Below are positions 1 to 6,873 of a stretch of DNA of 64,000 nt, piece after piece; positions within the stretch are counted from its first letter, which is position 1; the number at the start of each line of letters is the position of its first letter. This DNA comes from an uncultured Verrucomicrobiota bacterium (GTDB taxonomy: Bacteria > Verrucomicrobiota > Verrucomicrobiia > Limisphaerales > CAIMTB01): the NCBI GenBank assembly GCA_964476125.1, contig CAYZAE010000003.1:25804-89803 (forward strand), written 5' to 3'. The notes beneath the pieces were generated by a model, which saw only the letters and a program-made list of their open reading frames with translations, did not search any database and was not told the origin of the DNA. The position numbers and the translations under genes are program-made.

Positions 1-1
1 G

Positions 2-451
2 ACCGGTCAGGCGCCGGTGTTCGAGCGGGGCCTGCACGCTCTCCGCTGGCTGGTGGAGGTGCAGACGGCCGAGAGCGGTGATTTCCGGCCGATCGGGAGC
101 GACGGTTTCTATCCGCGGGGCGGTTCCCGGGCGCTGTTCGATCAGCAACCGATCGAAGCCCATTCGATGGTGTCGGCCTGCCTGGAGGCCTATCGGGCGA
201 CCGCGGATGTTTGGTGGTTCGACCAAGCCCAGCGGGCCTTCGACTGGTTCCTGGGATGGAACGATCTGGGTCTGGAGCTTTATGCCTCGGCCACGGGCGG
301 TTGCCGGGATGCGCTGCATGTGGATCGGGTCAACCAGAACCAGGGGGCGGAATCGACGCTCGCCTTTCTCCTGTCCCTCGCCGAGATGCGTCTCCTGCAG
401 AACCCGGTCGCGGGCGATTCTTCCGGCCGGCCGGCGCGGGGAGCCCCGTGA
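2..451 (+). CDS. C-terminal fragment of an uncharacterised protein; the 5' end lies outside the window and no function can be assigned from this piece
   Basis: The frame is open from the window edge (no stop between nt 2 and the track ORF at 17) to the stop at 449-451. Codon third positions are GC-rich like the neighbouring genes. It is co-oriented with the GH130 gene and 97 nt upstream of it. I recognise no named motif. Confidence 0.55.
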   Translation, partial: TGQAPVFERGLHALRWLVEVQTAESGDFRPIGSDGFYPRGGSRALFDQQPIEAHSMVSACLEAYRATADVWWFDQAQRAFDWFLGWNDLGLELYASATGGCRDALHVDRVNQNQGAESTLAFLLSLAEMRLLQNPVAGDSSGRPARGAP

Positions 452-548
452 GGTGCCGACGGATGGGTCCGGACCGTGGGAACCCGGCGGATCGGGGGTT
501 GCGAGGGCTGGGGGTGCGATGGGGTAGGACAACCAGGAAAGGGGACGT

Positions 549-2006
549 ATGAGCCGGGTTGGAGTGCATCGGTCCACGGTGGTGCTGCATCCGGACAGAA
601 CCCGGGTTCTGCTCCGTCCCTTTCTTCTGCCCAATGAGGCGCGGGCGCGCGCCATCTGCGCCCAGGTGATGGCGCTTCCGGACGAGGACGTTCATGCGCT
701 GTGGTCGCAGACGCAGATCGAGTTTGGCAGTCGTCATGCCGAGACGCGCGCGTTCCTCCGGAACCGGTTCGACCAGGCGAGACATTGCCTGCCCCGGGGA
801 GCGGTGGTCTCGGAGGAGCGGGCGCTCGTCCTGGGGGCTTATTTCAGCCACGAATACTCCCTGGAGGCGGCCGCCCTGTTCAATCCGTCCATGGTCCCGC
901 ATCCGGATCAGTCGGATCTCCCTCCGGGGCGGCTTCGATTCGTGCTGAGTCTGCGGGCGACCGGGGAAGGGCACATTTCGTCGGTCACCTTCCGGACCGG
1001 TCTGCTGGATGCGGAGGGGGGCGTCACGATCGTCGCGCCGACGCGGTACTGCCTCGAGCCCGCCCAGGTGCCCAGTGCGTCGTTCGAGTTGGGGTTGTTT
1101 GAGCGGAAGCTCCGGGAACTGGGTCTGGTGGGGGATTTCACGCGCCGGGCCCTGATGGATCTGGCCGAGACCTTCACGCTCGACGAACTGCGGGCGGCGG
1201 TGGAACGGGCCCGTGTTGAGCTGCGGGCCAGCGACCACCATTCCGAGGCTGTCGCCCGGAAGACGCTCACGCTGGCCCAGTCCAACTATGAGGTTCAGTT
1301 TCCGGCCGGATCGCTGTTGTCCGAACGCGTGCTGTTTCCCGTGACGCCCTCGCAGAGCAACGGGATCGAGGATGCGCGGTTCGTGCTCTTCCGGCATGAT
1401 GACGGGTCGGTGGTCTACTACGCGACCTACACCGCGTACGACGGGAAGATGATCCTTCCCCAGTTCATCGAGACCCCCGACTTCAAGCATTTCAAGTTCA
1501 TCACCCTCAACGGGGCGGCGGTGCAGAACAAGGGGATGGCCTTGTTTCCGAGGAAGATCGGCGGCCAGTACGTGATGCTTGGACGCCAGGACTACGAGAA
1601 CATCCACATCATGTTTTCGGATCACCTCCACTTCTGGCAGACGTCCCGGCTGCTGCTGCGGCCGAAGTTCCCCTGGGAATTCATCCAGCTGGGAAACTGC
1701 GGTTCGCCGATCGAGACGCGGGCTGGCTGGCTGGTGATGAGTCACGGGGTGGGCGCGATGAGGAAGTATTGCATCGGGGCTTTCCTCCTGGACCGGGACG
1801 ATCCGACGCGGGTGATCGGGCGGTTGCACGAGCCCCTGATCAAGCCGAACGAGAACGAGCGGGAGGGGTATGTGCCCAACGTGGTGTACTCCTGCGGAAG
1901 CATGGTGCACGGGGAGCTCCTCATCGTTCCCTATGCCATGTCCGACTACGCCGCCACGTTCGCCACGGTCCGACTCGACGACGTTCTGGACGCGATGGAG
2001 CCGTAG
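549..2006 (+). CDS. Glycoside hydrolase family 130 protein (beta-mannoside phosphorylase/glycosidase-like) with a roughly 270-aa N-terminal extension
   Basis: ATG at 549 is preceded by AGGAAAGGGGA. The C-terminal half (NGIEDARFVLF..DGSVVYYATYTAYDG...NKGMALFPRKIGGQYVMLGRQDYENIHI...GYVPNVVYSCG) matches my recollection of the GH130/DUF377 five-bladed propeller pattern. Confidence 0.85.
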   Translation: MSRVGVHRSTVVLHPDRTRVLLRPFLLPNEARARAICAQVMALPDEDVHALWSQTQIEFGSRHAETRAFLRNRFDQARHCLPRGAVVSEERALVLGAYFSHEYSLEAAALFNPSMVPHPDQSDLPPGRLRFVLSLRATGEGHISSVTFRTGLLDAEGGVTIVAPTRYCLEPAQVPSASFELGLFERKLRELGLVGDFTRRALMDLAETFTLDELRAAVERARVELRASDHHSEAVARKTLTLAQSNYEVQFPAGSLLSERVLFPVTPSQSNGIEDARFVLFRHDDGSVVYYATYTAYDGKMILPQFIETPDFKHFKFITLNGAAVQNKGMALFPRKIGGQYVMLGRQDYENIHIMFSDHLHFWQTSRLLLRPKFPWEFIQLGNCGSPIETRAGWLVMSHGVGAMRKYCIGAFLLDRDDPTRVIGRLHEPLIKPNENEREGYVPNVVYSCGSMVHGELLIVPYAMSDYAATFATVRLDDVLDAMEP

Positions 2007-2039
2007 GGCCCGGGCGCTGGAGCTGCGCCCGGCGCCGGT

Positions 2040-2067
2040 CCTACCGCGGCCGGCGGACCGCGGTAGG
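2040..2067 (+). terminator. Perfect 10-bp stem hairpin downstream of the GH130 gene; possible terminator, but it lacks a U-tract
   Basis: CCTACCGCGG-ccggcgga-CCGCGGTAGG lies 34 nt after the stop at 2006 and is followed by gaatcacccc, with no T run. Confidence 0.3.
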
Positions 2068-2197
2068 GAATCACCCCATGGCGGGTCTGACTGACATCGG
2101 CGAAGGTAAGTCATCGCAAGGGACATCAGACGGGTGACAAGTCAGAGGTGACGGATGTCAGGAGACGGAGGGTTTATCCAGAAAGGCGGATACTTCT

Positions 2198-2347
2198 ATG
2201 TTATGGACGATCGCGGTGGTTCTGCTGGTGCTATGGGCTCTGGGGATGGTGAGCAGTTACACCATTGGGGGCCTGATTCACATCCTGCTCGTGGTGGCGG
2301 TGGTGATGGTGTTGATCCGGCTGATCCAGGGCCGGAGTCCGGTCTGA
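2198..2347 (+). CDS. lmo0937-family small membrane protein (49 aa); absent from the ORF track because it is under 60 aa
   Basis: My own translation is MLWTIAVVLLVLWALGMVSSYTIGGLIHILLVVAVVMVLIRLIQGRSPV*. The GGLIHILLV..V..LIRLIQGR core is the signature I associate with the lmo0937 family. GAAAGG lies upstream. The competing 97-aa track ORF (2155..2448) is a Gly/Pro-rich alternative frame. Confidence 0.75.
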   Translation: MLWTIAVVLLVLWALGMVSSYTIGGLIHILLVVAVVMVLIRLIQGRSPV

Positions 2348-2431
2348 GACCGCCGGCACCCCCGGGTTTCGGGAGGTTTCATTCCCCATTCCATTCGAAA
2401 GCGAAAGCGCGTGACGCGACAGGAGGACTCC

Positions 2432-2863
2432 ATGATTCCGAACCATGACGACTTCATAACGGCCATCCGGGAGCGGAGGAAGGTGCGGGTCCGCTTCTTC
2501 TCGGTCCCCGATCAGGGGATCCTGGACCGGGTGTGTCTGCCGTTGGATTACGGTGTGGGCGGGGGAGGGGTGGGGGACCTGAACCGTTACTGGTTGTGGT
2601 GCCCGGAAATGATCGAGGGTTCACGGCTTCTCGGTCTGCTTTCGGAACAGATCCTGAGCCTGAGAATTCTGGGGGATCCGTTCGCGCCCGCGGAAGTGGG
2701 AGCTGCGGAATGGGCCTGGTCGGTTCCGCGGGACTGGTCCGGGGAACCTCTTCCCTTCGAAGGGGCGGACCGCCGGGCGAATCCGTTTCTTCCACTCCAG
2801 GACAGCACGCCGGTCGGCCTGTTTGATTTCGGAAGCCTCCGCTTCGCGGATGGCTCCCCGTAG
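2432..2863 (+). CDS. Hypothetical cytoplasmic protein (143 aa) with a possible WYL-like beta-barrel pattern
   Basis: A perfect AGGAGG at 2421-2426 lies 5 nt upstream of ATG 2432, so the GTG at 2411 in the track is probably not the start. The sequence RKVRVRFFSVPDQGILDRVCLPLDY...NRYWLWCPE...LLSEQILSLRILGDPF resembles the WYL-domain pattern (R-x-v-x-P ... WYL ... RI-x-s-x-x-l-x-x-F). This is recollection only. Confidence 0.55.
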   Translation: MIPNHDDFITAIRERRKVRVRFFSVPDQGILDRVCLPLDYGVGGGGVGDLNRYWLWCPEMIEGSRLLGLLSEQILSLRILGDPFAPAEVGAAEWAWSVPRDWSGEPLPFEGADRRANPFLPLQDSTPVGLFDFGSLRFADGSP

Positions 2864-2943
2864 GGGGTCAATGAACCTGGGTCCGGACGGTTGGCGGACG
2901 GGCCTGGGAAAGGTGGACGAGCGCCGCCAAGAAGGAACTAAGC

Positions 2944-3399
2944 ATGAACGCAATGACGCAGTGGAATCAGTGGAGGCAGTTGGAAGCACTTCAGCACGGG
3001 TTGGGCGGGTTGCTGGCGCGCGCGCCGGGGCAATGGCCGGAGGGCCGCGAGGAACGCATGTCGGTGGCGGAATGGGCGCCCCTGGTCGACATCAGCGAGG
3101 ACGCCACCGAATACCGGATCAAGGCGGAGCTTCCCGAGATCCGGCGTGAGAACGTCAAGGTGACCGCTGAGGAGGGGACGCTCACGATTTCGGGAGAGCG
3201 GAAGTTCGATAAGGAGGAGAACGGCATGCGCTACCACCGGGTCGAACGATCCTACGGCAGCTTCGTGCGGAACTTCAGTCTTCCGGACGATGCCAGCGCC
3301 GCCAACGTCACGGCCGAATTCAAGGAAGGGGTGTTGACGGTCCATTTGGCGAAGACGGAGCGACCGAAACCGCAGCAGGTGGAAGTCAAGGTGGGGTAG
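2944..3399 (+). CDS. Hsp20/alpha-crystallin family small heat-shock protein
   Basis: The alpha-crystallin domain reads WAPLVDISEDATEYRIKAELPEIRRENVKVTAEEGTLTISGERK...YHRVERSYGSFVRNFSLPDDA...TAEFKEGVLTVHLAK. Confidence 0.93.
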   Translation: MNAMTQWNQWRQLEALQHGLGGLLARAPGQWPEGREERMSVAEWAPLVDISEDATEYRIKAELPEIRRENVKVTAEEGTLTISGERKFDKEENGMRYHRVERSYGSFVRNFSLPDDASAANVTAEFKEGVLTVHLAKTERPKPQQVEVKVG

Positions 3400-3437
3400 T
3401 GGCGAGGGTGATTCTAACAAGGAAAGGCGAAACGATT

Positions 3438-3743
3438 ATGCAGACAGCAACACAGATCCTGGAGAAAGACATGAACCGCCTGCTCGAAGACGCGCGGGCC
3501 CTGATGGATGCGACCACGGATGTCGCGGGTGAAAAGATCAAGGAGGCCAGGCAGCGACTGTCGGTGGCCTTGGAAGGCGGCCGGGTGGCCTGCGGGGAGA
3601 TGCGGGACAAGGCGGTCCAACAGGCGGACGCCGCGAACGTGGTGGTGCATGCGCACCCCTATCAGGCCATCGGGGTTGCCTTTGGGGTGGGGGCCATTCT
3701 GGGTTTCCTGGGTGCGCACCGGAGTCCTTCCAACGGCCGTTGA
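3438..3743 (+). CDS. DUF883 / ElaB-YqjD family membrane-anchored protein
   Basis: A coiled-coil N-terminus is followed by the C-terminal anchor HPYQAIGVAFGVGAILGFLGAHR, typical of ElaB/YqjD. ATG 3438 is preceded by AGGAAAGG, and I prefer it over the track start at 3399. Confidence 0.85.
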   Translation: MQTATQILEKDMNRLLEDARALMDATTDVAGEKIKEARQRLSVALEGGRVACGEMRDKAVQQADAANVVVHAHPYQAIGVAFGVGAILGFLGAHRSPSNGR

Positions 3744-3755
3744 GGCTATCCTTTC

Positions 3756-4145
3756 ATGGAGCACTCCTCCACGGATGTCGGGCGCCTGGTGCTGCCTTGG
3801 CGGCGCCTGGGGAGACGGTTGCTGGGGATCTTCCGCAACCGTCTCGAGCTGGTGCTTTGCGAGATTCAGGAGGAACGCGACCGCCTGGTGCGGGTGATTC
3901 TTCTCGCCCTCGGCGTGGCCGCCTTCGGTTTGCTCGCGGCCATGGCGATGTCGGCCGTGCTCGTGGCCGTGCTCTGGGAAGTGTCCAGGGTCGCGGCCTT
4001 TCTGGGGCTCGCGGGCATCCATGGCGCGGTGGCCTTTCTCCTCTATCGCCGTCTCGCGCTCACCCTGCGGGACTGGGAAAGCCTTCCTGAGACGCTGGGG
4101 CAGCTGCGCAAGGATCGCGCCTGCATGGAAGGGGAAAATCCATGA
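3756..4145 (+). CDS. YqjE-like membrane protein (NCBI names this PF07332 family 'phage holin family protein')
   Basis: The sequence reads IFRNRLELVLCEIQEERDRLVRVILLALGVAAFGLL followed by two hydrophobic helices. Its position immediately after the yqjD-like gene matches the E. coli yqjD-yqjE-yqjK order. Confidence 0.7.
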   Translation: MEHSSTDVGRLVLPWRRLGRRLLGIFRNRLELVLCEIQEERDRLVRVILLALGVAAFGLLAAMAMSAVLVAVLWEVSRVAAFLGLAGIHGAVAFLLYRRLALTLRDWESLPETLGQLRKDRACMEGENP

Positions 4146-4483
4146 ACGATCTGATGGAGCGGAAACATCGGCTCGTCACGGAAAGCGAGAGCAACCGTGG
4201 GGCGCTCCAACAGGAGTGGCGGCAACTCACGGAAGGCGTGCAGGGGGAACTCGACCGGCTGCGCTCCCCGGGTGCCTGGATCGCCCTGGCCCTTTCCTTC
4301 TGGACCCGGCCCGCCGGGCCCGCCGGGTCCGTGGGCGTGACCGGGAGGCCTGAAGCCGTTGGGGCGCAGTCCGGACCCGGCCCCTGGATCGAGTGGATGA
4401 GCCGGCTGGTTCGGCTGGCGACCGGAGTGATCGGGACCTGGCGCCGAATCCTCGCCGAGCACGAACGCGGACAAAACCGTTGA
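4142..4483 (+). CDS. YqjK-like protein
   Basis: It overlaps the upstream gene by ATGA. A coiled-coil N-terminus (RKHRLVTESESNRGALQQEWRQL) is followed by a hydrophobic segment. The assignment rests mainly on the third position in a yqjDEK-like operon. Confidence 0.55.
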   Translation: MNDLMERKHRLVTESESNRGALQQEWRQLTEGVQGELDRLRSPGAWIALALSFWTRPAGPAGSVGVTGRPEAVGAQSGPGPWIEWMSRLVRLATGVIGTWRRILAEHERGQNR

Positions 4484-4486
4484 TTT

Positions 4487-5113
4487 ATGAGGGCCATCGA
4501 TCAGCCGTCGGAACCGATCCCGGGCGGGGCGGTGGATTGGGTCCAGGCGCCCGATTACGACCGGGTCCGGAGGGCCCTTGAGTTGAGGCGTGTTTTGGTG
4601 GTGGAGGACGACCGGATCATCCGGGATCTCAATCGTCGTGTGCTGGAGCGGTCGGGCTTACGGGTGAGCATTGCGGAGGATGGGTTGTGCGGGTGGGAGG
4701 CGCTGCGGAGCCGACACTTCGATCTTCTGATCACGGATCATGACATGCCGAGAATGACCGGGGCGCAGCTGGTGGGCCGGTTGCGAAAGGCGCGAATGGA
4801 CCTGCCCGTGATCCTTGCCTCCGGCAACCCGGATCTGGGGGAAGGGTTTCCGCAGTCCGTCCTGCGATTGGCGGCGGTCCTCCTGAAGCCGTTCAGTCCG
4901 CGGAGGCTGATCGAGACCGTCAAACGCGTGTTGCGCACCGAGGTCGACGCCGCCGTCCGGCCGCGGGCACGGGATGGGGCCGGGGGAGGTCCGGCGTTCC
5001 GGTTTGGTCCTGCGTGTGCGCAGCTCGGCCTGATGAGGGAGGAACCCTGCGGCGTGAGGGCGGGAGGGCGGGCGGCCGTGGCGGGGGACTTTTGGAGCGA
5101 GGATCGGGGGTAG
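4487..5113 (+). CDS. Stand-alone response regulator (receiver domain only, with an Ala/Gly/Arg-rich tail)
   Basis: Receiver motifs are VLVVEDD, the phospho-acceptor context DLLITDHDMPRMTG, and LLKPF. I recognise no DNA-binding or enzymatic output domain. It starts 3 nt after the yqjK-like stop. Confidence 0.88.
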   Translation: MRAIDQPSEPIPGGAVDWVQAPDYDRVRRALELRRVLVVEDDRIIRDLNRRVLERSGLRVSIAEDGLCGWEALRSRHFDLLITDHDMPRMTGAQLVGRLRKARMDLPVILASGNPDLGEGFPQSVLRLAAVLLKPFSPRRLIETVKRVLRTEVDAAVRPRARDGAGGGPAFRFGPACAQLGLMREEPCGVRAGGRAAVAGDFWSEDRG

Positions 5114-5178
5114 GACTACACCCCATGGTGGGAAGAGGTTGGGGCGTGAAAGAATCGGGAGTTGGAAAGGGAAATCGA

Positions 5179-5334
5179 ATGTCTAGCACCTTGTTTGTTG
5201 TTCTGCTGGTCGTCCTGTTGCTCGGAACCATCCCGGCCTGGCCTCACAGCCGTGGCTGGGGCTACTACCCAAGCGGGACGCTGGGGGTGGTGCTCGCGGT
5301 TCTGATCGTGTTGATGTTGATGGGAAGGATTTGA
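5179..5334 (+). CDS. DUF3309 family small membrane protein (51 aa)
   Basis: The sequence is MSSTLFVVLLVVLLLGTIPAWPHSRGWGYYPSGTLGVVLAVLIVLMLMGRI. The P(T/A)WP(Y/H)SRGWGY core is the DUF3309 signature as I recall it. The real gene is the 3' part of track ORF 5014..5334. Confidence 0.8.
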   Translation: MSSTLFVVLLVVLLLGTIPAWPHSRGWGYYPSGTLGVVLAVLIVLMLMGRI

Positions 5335-5383
5335 GGGTGAACGGGCCGCGGGAGCGGCGCGACGGAGGGAGGGTTCGACCGTC

Positions 5384-5593
5384 ATGACAGAGATGCTTCG
5401 CTGGTTTTTTCGTGCCGGATGTCTGGTCGCCGCAGCGGTTGGCCAGGTGGGTTTCCGGCTGGAGCGTTGGTTGCTGCCCAAGGCGTTCGCGGATCGGCGC
5501 GCATTCCTGCGCAGCGAAGCGATCCGGCACCGGGACGAGGAGGCGGAGCGTCTGGATCGACTGCGGAATCCCGGGGATTACGCGGGACGATGA
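5384..5593 (+). CDS. Hypothetical small single-pass membrane protein (69 aa)
   Basis: ATG follows GGAGGGAGGG. There is one hydrophobic helix (AGCLVAAAVGQVGF) followed by a charged Arg/Glu-rich tail. I recognise no family. Confidence 0.35.
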   Translation: MTEMLRWFFRAGCLVAAAVGQVGFRLERWLLPKAFADRRAFLRSEAIRHRDEEAERLDRLRNPGDYAGR

Positions 5594-5604
5594 CCGGTTG
5601 GGGC

Positions 5605-5634
5605 GGTGCGGTGCCGTGCGGTGCGGTGCGGTGC
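5605..5634. repeat. Tandem pentamer (GGTGC) x6, one copy CGTGC, leading into a G-run tract that ends at 5667
   Basis: Read directly as ggtgc ggtgc cgtgc ggtgc ggtgc ggtgc, followed by GGGtggcGGGGaGGGGatgagatGGGatGGG. It is intergenic and ends 7 nt before ATG 5674. Confidence 0.9.
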
Positions 5635-5673
5635 GGGTGGCGGGGAGGGGATGAGATGGGATGGGAGAAAACT

Positions 5674-5868
5674 ATGAACTTGTTCAAATGTCCGCACTGC
5701 GCGCGGAAGCTGGGAAACTACATGTACTCGGACCTCTGCCCGTACTGCCGGAAGGAGCTGGTGCACAACACCCGCCCCCTGGTTCCGGCGCCACCGAAGC
5801 GGCCGCCCGGACTTGATCCGTGGCCGGTGCGGTGTCTGCGCAGTATTGCGCGGTTCGTGGAGAGTTGA
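5674..5868 (+). CDS. Small zinc-ribbon protein (64 aa)
   Basis: MNLFKCPHCARKLGNYMYSDLCPYCRKEL carries two CxxC pairs. It is the 3' part of track ORF 5419..5868, whose upstream portion is the G-rich repeat translated as Gly/Arg/Trp. Confidence 0.45.
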   Translation: MNLFKCPHCARKLGNYMYSDLCPYCRKELVHNTRPLVPAPPKRPPGLDPWPVRCLRSIARFVES

Positions 5869-5872
5869 GGCT

Positions 5873-6868
5873 TCAGAGCAGCAGCGCGGCGACGCCCCCG
5901 GCGGCTCCTGCGGCCCAGAGCAGGGCCACCGCCTTGGGCCGCGTGAATCCCGCCCGGACCAGGCGGTGCGAGAAGTGGTTGGTGTCGCCGATCCAGGGGG
6001 GGCGGCCGAGGCGTGCCCGGATCCAGACCACGGAGGCGAGATCGGCGAGTGGCACGATCAGGACCAGGAGCGGGCTTAGGACGGCGAGGGCATGGGGGCG
6101 GTCGGCGGAGTAGAAGCTGGGAAGGATGGCGAGCACGGCGAGGAGGAAACCCGTGACGTGGCTGCCGGCGTCGCCGAGGAAGGAGCCGGCCCTGGGATAA
6201 TTCCAGGGCAGGAAACCAAGCAGCGAACCGCAGCCGAGCAGGGCGAGTGAGGCGACGAGATATTGGCCGTTCCTGGCGGCGGCGAGCGCGAAGAAACCCG
6301 CGGCGAGGGCGCCGATGCCGGCACAAAGCCCGTTCATGTTGTCGAGAAAGTTGAGGGCATTGGTGATGCCGACGATCCACAGCACGGTGACCAGGTAGCT
6401 GAAGACGACGCTGGGAACGAACAGGGTGACGCGGACGCCTGCCGCGGCCACGAGCGTGGCGATCAGGAACTGGCCTGCGAACTTGGGCAGCGGTTTGAGC
6501 TCGTGCCGGTCATCGAGCCAGCCCAGCACCAGCATCCCCACCAGCCCCAGCAGAACCGCCCCCAGCTGCCACCGCCGTGCCGCGAACCCGTAGTCCAGCC
6601 GGGCAAGATCGGGGAGGTCGAGACCCGGCAGCCGGGTGCCCGAACCCGCGAGCCAGAGCAGACCGGCCCCCAGGGCCAGCGGAGCGAGAAACCCCGTCAT
6701 CACGGCGAACCCGCCCGCCAGAGGGATGGGTTCGGCGTGGATCTTGCGGGCTCCCGGGTCGTCGACCAGGCCGGTGGCCAGGCAGTGACGCCGCCAGAGC
6801 GGCAGGGTGGCGAACGAGGCGAGGAAGGCGCCGAGCAGGGAGGCGAGATAGAGGGTGAACGGGAACAT
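5873..6868 (-). CDS. Polyprenyl-phosphate sugar-1-phosphate transferase of the MraY/WecA family (glycosyltransferase family 4)
   Basis: The protein is polytopic. Motifs are GWLDDRHELKP (DD motif), NALNFLDNMNGL (a variant of the NAxNxxDGxDGL motif) and GDTNHFSHRL (His-rich C-terminal motif). Confidence 0.85.
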   Translation of the reverse strand: MFPFTLYLASLLGAFLASFATLPLWRRHCLATGLVDDPGARKIHAEPIPLAGGFAVMTGFLAPLALGAGLLWLAGSGTRLPGLDLPDLARLDYGFAARRWQLGAVLLGLVGMLVLGWLDDRHELKPLPKFAGQFLIATLVAAAGVRVTLFVPSVVFSYLVTVLWIVGITNALNFLDNMNGLCAGIGALAAGFFALAAARNGQYLVASLALLGCGSLLGFLPWNYPRAGSFLGDAGSHVTGFLLAVLAILPSFYSADRPHALAVLSPLLVLIVPLADLASVVWIRARLGRPPWIGDTNHFSHRLVRAGFTRPKAVALLWAAGAAGGVAALLL

Positions 6869-6873
6869 GGCGT

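Noticed and set aside
330-2126. 598-aa ORF on the minus strand covering the GH130 gene
   Set aside because: It is antisense to a gene with a clear GH130 match. Its translation is an Arg/Pro/Gly/His-rich low-complexity string with no recognisable domain. Long stop-free antisense frames are expected at this GC content.
2155-2448. 97-aa + strand ORF overlapping the lmo0937-family gene
   Set aside because: It is a different frame of the same region giving a Gly/Pro/Asp-rich peptide. The 49-aa frame gives a textbook two-helix lmo0937-type protein with an upstream purine-rich site.
5605-5667. G-rich tandem repeat considered as a CRISPR or minisatellite array
   Set aside because: The units are 5 nt with no spacers, and there are no cas genes in the window. 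It is reported only as a simple repeat and G4 motif.
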